A DNA stretch of 64,000 nt from Auanema rhodensis (Eukaryota; Animalia; Nematoda): positions 21,948,001 through 22,012,000 of the forward strand of contig OZ059900.1 in assembly GCA_964057225.1 (NCBI GenBank), written 5' to 3'. This document shows, piece after piece, positions 1 through 10,947 of this stretch (the stretch's first letter is position 1; every line of letters begins with the position of its first letter). The notes beneath the pieces are model-generated. The model worked only from the letters and a program-made list of their open reading frames with translations. It did not search any database and was not told where the DNA came from. The translations under genes were made by a program, and so were the position numbers.

Positions 1-91
1 ATGTAAAATCCTTCATTTTAGTATGTAACACGCTGAAATTCGTTGCATTTGACAACTCATATGAACAAAAATCGATTTAATCAATATTAGC

Positions 92-240
92 CATAATAAA
101 ATATTTCTCATGGGAAATACTGTGTTTTTGTATTTTTCTAGTGTTCAGCATGTAAAATGATTCATTTTAGTATGTAACACGCTGAAATTCGTTGCATTTG
201 ACGACTCATATGAACAAAAATCGATTTAATCAATATTAGC
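92..240. repeat. Extra 149-bp sub-unit (partial monomer), copy 1
   Basis: The junction reads TTAGC-CATAA-TAAAATATTTC instead of TTAGC-CATAA-GGGGCG; the next CATAAGGGG is 149 bp later, at 241. Confidence 0.95.
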
Positions 241-437
241 CATAAGGGGCGTGCCCTCAGAATATGCTAATTTCCTTAATTTTCTAACCCCTGTTTTTTT
301 GTCGTGAAAGTGGAACTAGACGTTGTACGAACAATTTTGAGCTAGGTTTCATTGACATTGCATGAGTTTGAACACATGAAATCGTAAGTCAAAACCTTGT
401 TTACAGCGAAATTTCCAAAAACTGGTTTTCCAGCATA

Positions 438-467
438 ATAAAATATTTCTCATGGGAAATACTGTGT
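438..467. repeat. 30-bp quasi-palindrome present in every monomer (example copy)
   Basis: ATAAAATATTTCTCA|TGGGAAATACTGTGT: 11 of 15 arm positions are complementary; the core is TATTTC-N6-GAAATA. Confidence 0.85.
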
Positions 468-494
468 TTTTGTATTTTTCTAGTGTTCAGCATG

Positions 495-511
495 TAAAAT
501 GCTTCATTTTA
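495..511. repeat. Inverted repeat TAAAATG-CTT-CATTTTA in each monomer (example copy)
   Basis: Perfect 7-bp arms with a 3-nt spacer. Confidence 0.85.
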
Positions 512-2292
512 GTATGTAACACGCTGAAATTCGTTGCATTTGACGACTCATATGAACAAAAATCGATTTAATCAATATTAGCCATAAGGGGCGTGCCCTC
601 AGAATATGCTAATTTCCTTAATTTTCTAACCCCTGTTTTTTTGTCGTGAAAGTGGAACTAGACGTTGTACGAACAATTTTGAGCTAGGTTTCATTGACAT
701 TGCATGAGTTTGAACACATGAAATCGTAAGTCAAAACCTTGTTTACAGCGAAATTTCCAAAAACTGGTTTTCCAGCATAATAAAATATTTCTCATGGGAA
801 ATACTGTGTTTTTGTATTTTTCTAGTGTTCAGCATGTAAAATGCTTCATTTTAGTATGTAACACGCTAAAATTCGTTGCATTTGACGACTCATATGAACA
901 AAAATCGATTTAATCAATATTAGCCATAAGTGGCGTGCCCTCAGAATATGCTAATTTCCTTAATTTTCTAACCCCTGTTTTTTTGTCGTGAAAGTGGAAC
1001 TAGACGTTGTACGAACAATTTTGAGCTAGGTTTCATTGACATTGCATGAGTTTGAACACATGAAATCGTAAGTCAAAACCTTGTTTACAGCGAAATTTCC
1101 AAAAACTGGTTTTCCAGCATAATAAAATATTTCTCATGGGAAATACTGTGTTTTTGTATTTTTCTAGTGTTCAGCATGTAAAATGCTTCATTTTAGTATG
1201 TAACACGCTAAAATTCGTTGCATTTGACGACTCATATGAACAAAAATCGATTTAATCAATATTAGCCATAAGGGGCGTGCCCTCAGAATATGCTAATTTC
1301 CTTAATTTTCTAACCCCTGTTTTTTTGTCGTGAAAGTGGAACTAGACGTTGTACGAACAATTTTGAGCTAGGTTTCATTGACATTGCATGAGTTTGAACA
1401 CATGAAATCGTAAGTCAAAACCTTGTTTACAGCGAAATTTCCAAAAACTGGTTTTCCAGCATAATAAAATATTTCTCATGGGAAATACTGTGTTTTTGTA
1501 TTTTTTTAGTGTTCAGCATGTAAAATGCTTCATTTCAGTATGTAACACGCTGAAATTCGTTGCATTTGACGACTCATATGAACAAAAATCGATTTAATCA
1601 ATATTAGCCATAAGGGGCGTGCCCTCAGAATATGCTAATTTCCTTAATTTTCTAACCCCTGTTTTTTTGTCGTGAAAGTGGAACTAGACGTTGTACGAAC
1701 AATTTTGAGCAAGGTTTCATTGACATTGCATGAGTTTGAACACATGAAATCGTAAGTCAAAACCTTGTTTACAGCGAAATTTCCAAAAACTGGTTTTCCA
1801 GCATAATAAAATATTTCTCATGGGAAATACTGTGTTTTTGTATTTTTCTAGTGTTCAGCATGTAAAATGCTTCATTTTAGTATGTAACACGCTGAAATTC
1901 GTTGCATTTGACGACTCATATGAACAAAAATCGATTTAATCAATATTAGACATAAGGGGCGTGCCCTCAGAATATGCTAATTTCCTTAATTTTCTAACCC
2001 CTGTTTTTTTGTCGTGAAAGTGGAACTAGACGTTGTACGAACAATTTTGAGCTAGGTTTCATTGACATTGCATGAGTGTGAACACATGAAATCGTAAGTC
2101 AAAACCTTGTTTACAGCGAAATTTCCAAAAACTGGTTTTCCAGCATAATAAAATATTTCTCATGGGAAATACTGTGTTTTTGTATTTTTCTAGTGTTCAG
2201 CATGTAAAATGCTTCATTTTAGTATGTAACACGCTGAAATTCGTTGCATTTGACAACTCATATGAACAAAAATCGATTTAATCAATATTAGC

Positions 2293-2441
2293 CATAATAA
2301 AATATTTCTCATGGGAAATACTGTGTTTTTGTATTTTTCTAGTGTTCAGCATGTAAAATGATTCATTTTAGTATGTAACACGCTGAAATTCGTTGCATTT
2401 GACGACTCATATGAACAAAAATCGATTTAATCAATATTAGC
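2293..2441. repeat. Extra 149-bp sub-unit, copy 2
   Basis: Same junction; 2293-92 = 2201 = 6x342+149. Confidence 0.95.
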
Positions 2442-3125
2442 CATAAGGGGCGTGCCCTCAGAATATGCTAATTTCCTTAATTTTCTAACCCCTGTTTTTT
2501 TGTCGTGAAAGTGGAACTAGACGTTGTACGAACAATTTTGAGCTAGGTTTCATTGACATTGCATGAGTTTGAACACATGAAATCGTAAGTCAAAACCTTG
2601 TTTACAGCGAAATTTCCAAAAACTGGTTTTCCAGCATAATAAAATATTTCTCATGGGAAATACTGTGTTTTTGTATTTTTCTAGTGTTCAGCATGTAAAA
2701 TGCTTCATTTTAGTATGTAACACGCTGAAATTCGTTGCATTTGACGACTTATATGAACAAAAATCGATTTAATCAATATTAGCCATAAGGGGCGTGCCCT
2801 CAGAATATGCTAATTTCCTTAATTTTCTAACCCCTGTTTTTTTGTCGTGAAAGTGGAACTAGACGTTGTACGAACAATTTTGAGCTAGGTTTCATTGACA
2901 TTGCATGAGTTTGAACACATGAAATCGTAAGTCAAAACCTTGTTTACAGCGAAATTTCCAAAAACTGGTTTTCCAGCATAATAAAATATTTCTCATGGGA
3001 AATACTGTGTTTTTGTATTTTTCTAGTGTTCAGCATGTAAAATGCTTCATTTTAGTATGTAACACGCTGAAATTCGTTGCATTTGACAACTCATATGAAC
3101 AAAAATCGATTTAATCAATATTAGC

Positions 3126-3274
3126 CATAATAAAATATTTCTCATGGGAAATACTGTGTTTTTGTATTTTTCTAGTGTTCAGCATGTAAAATGATTCATT
3201 TTAGTATGTAACACGCTGAAATTCGTTGCATTTGACGACTCATATGAACAAAAATCGATTTAATCAATATTAGA
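3126..3274. repeat. Extra 149-bp sub-unit, copy 3
   Basis: Same junction; 3126-2293 = 833 = 2x342+149. Confidence 0.95.
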
Positions 3275-4859
3275 CATAAGGGGCGTGCCCTCAGAATATG
3301 CTAATTTCCTTAATTTTCTAACCCCTGTTTTTTTGTCGTGAAAGTGGAACTAGACGTTGTACGAACAATTTTGAGCTAGGTTTCATTGACATTGCATGAG
3401 TTTGAACACATGAAATCGTAAGTCAAAACCTTGTTTACAGCGAAATTTCCAAAAACTGGTTTTCCAGCATAATAAAATATTTCTCATGGGAAATACTGTG
3501 TTTTTGTATTTTTCTAGTGTTCAGCATGTAAAATGCTTCATTTTAGTATGTAACACGCTGAAATTCGTTGCATTTGACGACTCATATGAACAAAAATCGA
3601 TTTAATCAATATTAGCCATAAAGGGCGTGCCCTCAGAATATGCTAATTTCCTTAATTTTCTAACCCCTGTTTTTTTGTCGTGAAAGTGGAACTAGACGTT
3701 GTAGGAACAATTTTGAGCTAGGTTTCATTGACATTGCATGAGTTTGAACACATGAAATCGTAAGTCAAAACCTTGTTTACAGCGAAATTTTCAAAAACTG
3801 GTTTTCCAGCATAATAAAATATTTCTCATGGGAAATACTGTGTTTTTGTATTTTTCTAGTGTTCAGCATGTAAAATGCTTCATTTTAGTGTGTAACACGC
3901 TGAAATTCGTTGCATTTGACGACTCATATGAACAAAAATCGATTTAATCAATATTAGCCATAAGGGGCGTGCCCTCAGAATATGCTAATTTCCTTAATTT
4001 TCTAACCCCTGTTTTTTTGTCGTGAAAGTGGAACTAGACGTTGTACGAACAATTTTGAGCTAGGTTTCATTGACATTGCATGAGTTTGAACACATGAAAT
4101 CGTAAGTCAAAATCTTGTTTACAGCGAAATTTCCAAAAACTGGTTTTCCAGCATAATAAAATATTTCTCATGGGAAATACTGTGTTTTTGTATTTTTCTA
4201 GTGTTCAGCATGTAAAATGCTTCATTTTAGTATGTAACACGCTGAAATTCGTTGCATTTGACGACTCATATGAACAAAAATCGATTTAATCAATATTAGC
4301 CATAAGGGGCGTGCCCTCAGAATATGCTAATTTCCTTAATTTTCTAACCCCTGTTTTTTTGTCGTGAAAGTGGAACTAGACGTTGTACGAACAATTTTGA
4401 GCTAGGTTTCATTGACATTGCATGAGTTTGAACACATGAAATCGTAAGTCAAAACCTTGTTTACAGCGAAATTTCCAAAAACTGGTTTTCCAGCATAATA
4501 AAATATTTCTCATGGGAAATACTGTGTTTTTGTATTTTTCTAGTGTTCAGCATGTAAAATGCTTCATTTTAGTATGTAACACGCTGAAATTCGTTGCATT
4601 TGACGACTCATATGAACAAAAATCGATTTAATCAATATTAGCCATAAGGGGCGTGCCCTCAGAATATGCTAATTTCCTTAATTTTCTAACCCCTGTTTTT
4701 TTGTCGTGAAAGTGGAACTAGACGTTGTACAAACAATTTTGAGCTAGGTTTCATTGACATTGCATGAGTTTGAACACATGAAATCGTAAGTCAAAACCTT
4801 GTTTACAGCGAAATTTCCAAAAACTGGTTTTCCAGCATAATAAAATATTTCTCATGGGA

Positions 4860-7800
4860 AATACTGTGTTTTTGTTTTTTTCTAGTGTTCAGCATGTAAA
4901 ATGCTTCATTTTAGTATGTAACACGCTGAAATTCGTTGCATTTGACGAATCATATGAACAAAAATCGATTTAATCAATATTAGCCATAAGGGGCGTGCCC
5001 TCAGAATATGCTAATTTCCTTAATTTTCTAACCCCTGTTTTTTTGTCGTGAAAGTGGAACTAGACGTTGTACGAACAATTTTGAGCTAGGTTTCATTGAC
5101 ATTGCATGAGTTTGAACACATGAAATCGTAAGTCAAAACCTTGTTTACAGCGAAATTTCCAAAAACTGGTTTTCCAGCATAATAAAATATTTCTCATGGG
5201 AAATACTGTGTTTTTGTATTTTTCTAGTGTTCAGCATGTAAAATGCTTCATATTAGTATGTAACACGCTGAAATTCGTTGCATTTGACGACTCATATGAA
5301 CAAAAATCGATTTAATCAATATTAGCCATAAGGGGCGTGCCCTCAGAATATGCTAATTTCCTTAATTTTCTAACCCCTGTTTTTTTGTCGTGAAAGTGGA
5401 ACTAGACGTTGTACGAACAATTTTGAGCTAGGTTTCATTGACATTGCATGAGTTTGAACACATGAAATCGTAAGTCAAAACCTTGTTTACAGCGAAATTT
5501 CCAAAAACTGGTTTTCCAGCATAATAAAATATTTCTCATGGGAAATACTGTGTTTTTGTTTTTTTCTAGTGTTCAGCATGTAAAATGCTTCATTTTAGTA
5601 TGTAACACGCTGAAATTCGTTGCATTTGACGACTCATATGAACAAAAATCGATTTAATCAATATTAGCCATAAGGGGCGTGCCCTCAGAATATGCTAATT
5701 TCCTTAATTTTCTAACCTCTGTTTTTTTGTCGTGAAAGTGGAACTAAACGTTGTACGAACAATTTTGAGCTAGGTTTCATTGACATTGCATGAGTTTGAA
5801 CACATGAAATCGTAAGTCAAAACCTTGTTTACAGCGAAATTTCCAAAAACTGGTTTTCCAGCATAATAAAATATTTCTCATGGGAAATACTGTGTTTTTG
5901 TATTTTTCTAGTGTTCAGCATGTAAAATGCTTCATATTAGTATGTAACACGCTGAAATTCGTTGCATTTGACGACTCATATGAACAAAAATCGATTTAAT
6001 CAATATTAGCCATAAGGGGCGTGCCCTCAGAATATGCTAATTTCCTTAATTTTCTAACCCCTGTTTTTTTGTCGTGAAAGTGGAACTAGACGTTGTACGA
6101 ACAATTTTGAGCTAAGTTTCATTGACATTGCATGAGTTTGAACACATGAAATCGTAAGTCAAAACCTTGTTTACAGCGAAATTTCCAAAAACTGGTTTTC
6201 CAGCATAATAAAATATTTCTCATGGGAAATACTGTGTTTTTGTTTTTTTCTAGTGTTCAGCATGTAAAATGCTTCATTTTAGTATGTAACACGCTGAAAT
6301 TCGTTGCATTTGACGAATCATATGAACAAAAATCGATTTAATCAATATTAGCCATAAGGGGCGTGCCCTCAGAATATGCTAATTTCCTTAATTTTCTAAC
6401 CCCTGTTTTTTTGTCGTGAAAGTGGAACTAGACGTTGTACGAACAATTTTGAGCTAGGTTTCATTGACATTGCATGAGTTTGAACACATGAAATCGTAAG
6501 TCAAAACCTTGTTTACAGCGAAATTTCCAAAAACTGGTTTTCCAGCATAATAAAATATTTCTCATGGGAAATACTGTGTTTTTGTATTTTACTAGTGTTC
6601 AGCATGTAAAATGCTTTATTTTAGTATGTAACACGCTGAAATTCGTTGCATTTGACGACTCATATGAACAAAAATCGATTTAATCAATATTAGCCATAAG
6701 GGGCGTGCCCTCAGAATATGCTAATTTCCTTAATTTTCTAACCCCTGTTTTTTTGTCGTGAAAGTGGAACTAGACGTTGTACGAACAATTTTGAACTAAG
6801 TTTCATTGACATTGCATGAGTTTGAACACATGAAATCGTAAGTCAAAACCTTGTTTACAGCGAAATTTCCAAAAACTGGTTTTCCAGCATAATAAAATAT
6901 TTCTCATGGGAAATACTGTGTTTTTGTTTTTTTCTAGTGTTCAGCATGTAAAATGCTTCATTTTAGTATGTAACACGCTGAAATTCGTTGCATTTGACGA
7001 ATCATATGAACAAAAATCGATTTAATCAATATTAGCCATAAGGGGCGTGCCCTCAGAATATGCTAATTTCCTTAATTTTCTAACCCCTGTTTTTTTGTCG
7101 TGAAAGTGGAACTAGACGTTGTACGAACAATTTTGAGCTAGGTTTCATTGACATTGCATGAGTTTGAACACATGAAATCGTAAGTCAAAACCTTGTTTAC
7201 AGCGAAATTTCCAAAAACTGGTTTTCCAGCATAATAAAATATTTCTCATGGGAAATACTGTGTTTTTGTATTTTTCTAGTGTTCAGCATGTAAAATGCTT
7301 CATATTAGTATGTAACACGCTGAAATTCGTTGCATTTGACGACTCATATGAACAAAAATCGATTTAATCAATATTAGCCATAAGGGGCGTGCCCTCAGAA
7401 TATGCTAATTTCCTTAATTTTCTAACCCCTGTTTTTTTGTCGTGAAAGTGGAACTAGACGTTGTACGAACAATTTTGAGCTAGGTTTCATTGACATTGCA
7501 TGAGTTTGAACACATGAAATCGTAAGTCAAAACCTTGTTTACAGCGAAATTTCCAAAAACTGGTTTTCCAGCATAATAAAATATTTCTCATGGGAAATAC
7601 TGTGTTTTTGTTTTTTTCTAGTGTTCAGCATGTAAAATGCTTCATTTTAGTATGTAACACGCTGAAATTCGTTGCATTTGACGACTCATATGAACAAAAA
7701 TCGATTTAATCAATATTAGCCATAAGGGGCGTGCCCTCAGAATATGCTAATTTCCTTAATTTTCTAACCTCTGTTTTTTTGTCGTGAAAGTGGAACTAAA

Positions 7801-8950
7801 CGTTGTACGAACAATTTTGAGCTAGGTTTCATTGACATTGCATGAGTTTGAACACATGAAATCGTAAGTCAAAACCTTGTTTACAGCGAAATTTCCAAAA
7901 ACTGGTTTTCCAGCATAATAAAATATTTCTCATGGGAAATACTGTGTTTTTGTATTTTTCTAGTGTTCAGCATGTAAAATGCTTCATATTAGTATGTAAC
8001 ACGCTGAAATTCGTTGCATTTGACGACTCATATGAACAAAAATCGATTTAATCAATATTAGCCATAAGGGGCGTGCCCTCAGAATATGCTAATTTCCTTA
8101 ATTTTCTAACCCCTGTTTTTTTGTCGTGAAAGTGGAACTAGACGTTGTACGAACAATTTTGAGCTAAGTTTCATTGACATTGCATGAGTTTGAACACATG
8201 AAATCGTAAGTCAAAACCTTGTTTACAGCGAAATTTCCAAAAACTGGTTTTCCAGCATAATAAAATATTTCTCATGGGAAATACTGTGTTTTTGTTTTTT
8301 TCTAGTGTTCAGCATGTAAAATGCTTCATTTTAGTATGTAACACGCTGAAATTCGTTGCATTTGACGAATCATATGAACAAAAATCGATTTAATCAATAT
8401 TAGCCATAAGGGGCGTGCCCTCAGAATATGCTAATTTCCTTAATTTTCTAACCCCTGTTTTTTTGTCGTGAAAGTGGAACTAGACGTTGTACGAACAATT
8501 TTGAGCTAGGTTTCATTGACATTGCATGAGTTTGAACACATGAAATCGTAAGTCAAAACCTTGTTTACAGCGAAATTTCCAAAAACTGGTTTTCCAGCAT
8601 AATAAAATATTTCTCATGGGAAATACTGTGTTTTTGTATTTTACTAGTGTTCAGCATGTAAAATGCTTTATTTTAGTATGTAACACGCTGAAATTCGTTG
8701 CATTTGACGACTCATATGAACAAAAATCGATTTAATCAATATTAGCCATAAGGGGCGTGCCCTCAGAATATGCTAATTTCCTTAATTTTCTAACCCCTGT
8801 TTTTTTGTCGTGAAAGTGGAACTAGACGTTGTACGAACAATTTTGAGCTAGGTTTCATTGACATTGCATGAGTTTGAACACATGAAATCGTAAGTCAAAA
8901 CCTTGTTTACAGCGAAATTTCCAAAAACTGGTTTTCCAGCATAATAAAAT
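4860..8950. repeat. 6-monomer (2052-bp) tandem duplication, boundaries approximate
   Basis: The variant series repeats at offset 2052, e.g. 4876/6928, 5252/7304, 5718/7770, 6115/8167, 6591/8643, and the rare GCTTTATT at 6616/8668. Confidence 0.85.
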
Positions 8951-10798
8951 ATTTCTCATGGGAAATACTGTGTTTTTGTATTTTTCTAGTGTTCAGCATG
9001 TAAAATGCTTCATTTTAGTATGTAACACGCTGAAATTCGTTGCATTTGACGACTCATATGAACAAAAATCGATTTAATCAATATTAGCCATAAGGGGCGT
9101 GCCCTCAGAATATGCTAATTTCCTTAATTTTCTAACCCCTGTTTTTTTGTCGTGAAAGTGGAACTAGACGTTGTACGAACAATTTTGAGCTAGGTTTCAT
9201 TGACATTGCATGAGTTTGAACACATGAAATCGTAAGTCAAAACCTTGTTTACAGCGAAATTTCCAAAAACTGGTTTTCCAGCATAATAAAATATTTCTCA
9301 TGGGAAATACTGTGTTTTTGTATTTTTCTAGTGTTCAGCATGTAAAATGCTTCATTTTAGTATGTAACACGCTGAAATTCGTTGCATTCGACGACTCATA
9401 TGAACAAAAATCGATTTAATCAATATTAGCCATAAGGGGCGTGCCCTCAGAATATGCTAATTTCCTTAATTTTCTAACCCCTGTTTTTTTGTCGTGAAAG
9501 TGGAACTACACGTTGTACGAACAATTTTGAGCTAGGTTTCATTGACATTGCATGAGTTTGAACACATGAAATCGTAAGTCAAAACCTTGTTTACAGCGAA
9601 ATTTCCAAAAACTGGTTTTCCAGCATAATAAAATATTTCTCATGGGAAATACTGTGTTTTCGTATTTTTCTAGTGTTCAGCATGTAAAATGCTTCATTTT
9701 AGTATGTAACACGCTGAAATTCGTTGCATTTGACGAATCATATGAACAAAAATCGATTTAATCAATATTAGCCATAAGGGGCGTGCCCTCAGAATATGCT
9801 AATTTCCTTAATTTTCTAACCCCTGTTTTTTTGTCGTGAAAGTGGAACTAGACGTTGTACGAACAATTTTGAGCTAGGTTTCATTGACATTGCATGAGTT
9901 TGAACACATGAAATCGTAAGTCAAAACCTTGTTTACAGCGAAATTTCCAAAAACTGGTTTTCCAGCATAATAAAATATTTCTCATGGGAAATACTGTGTT
10001 TTTGTATTTTACTAGTGTTCAGCATGTAAAATGCTTCATTTTAGTATGTAACACGCTGAAATTCGTTGCATTTGACGACTCATATGAACAAAAATCGATT
10101 TAATCAATATTAGCCATAAGGGGCGTGCCCTCAGAATATGCTAATTTCCTTAAATTTCTAACCTCTGTTTTTTTGTCGTGAAAGTGGAACTAAACGTTGT
10201 ACAAACAATTTTGAGCTAGGTTTCATTGACATTGCATGAGTTTGAACACATGAAATCGTAAGTCAAAACCTTGTTTACAGCGAAATTTCCAAAAACTGGT
10301 TTTCCAGCATAATAAAATATTTCTCATGGGAAATACTGTGTTTTTGTATTTTTCTAGTGTTCAGCATGTAAAATGATTCATTTTAGTATGTAACACGCTG
10401 AAATTCGTTGCATTTGACGACTCATATGAACAAAAATCGATTTAATCAATATTAGCCATAAGGGGCGTGCCCTCAGAATATGCTAATTTCCTTAATTTTC
10501 TAACCCCTGTTTTTTTGTCGTGAAAGTGGAACTAGACGTTGTACGAACAATTTTGAGCTAGGTTTCATTGACATTGCATGAGTTTGAACACATGAAATCG
10601 TAAGTCAAAACCTTGTTTACAGCGAAATTTCCAAAAACTGGTTTTCCAGCATAATAAAATATTTCTCATGGGAAATACTGTGTTTTTGTATTTTTCTAGT
10701 GTTCAGCATGTAAAATGCTTCATTTTAGTATGTAACACGCTGAAATTCGTTGCATTTGACAACTCATATGAACAAAAATCGATTTAATCAATATTAGC

Positions 10799-10947
10799 CA
10801 TAATAAAATATTTCTCATGGGAAATACTGTGTTTTTGTATTTTTCTAGTGTTCAGCATGTAAAATGATTCATTTTAGTATGTAACACGCTGAAATTCGTT
10901 GCATTTGACGACTCATATGAACAAAAATCGATTTAATCAATATTAGA
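10799..10947. repeat. Extra 149-bp sub-unit, copy 4
   Basis: Same junction; 10799-3126 = 7673 = 22x342+149. Confidence 0.95.

Noticed and set aside
284-292. Telomere-like CTAACCCCT
   Set aside because: It is a single, non-tandem short match per monomer and is expected by chance.
529-545. CENP-B box-like ATTCGTTGCATTTGACG
   Set aside because: It matches TTCGTTG and the central A but lacks the essential CGGG (about 6 of 9 core bases), so it is not supportable as a functional box.
241-582. Primate alpha-satellite dimer (2x171 bp) or another named ~340-bp satellite
   Set aside because: Only the length matches. I do not recognise alphoid sequence here and cannot assign a family without a database search.
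241-582. Tandem RNA gene cluster (5S rRNA, tRNA, snRNA, SL RNA)
   Set aside because: There is no recognisable 5S, tRNA or snRNA sequence and no convincing Pol III A/B boxes; the T-runs are unremarkable in AT-rich DNA. An Infernal/Rfam scan would settle it.
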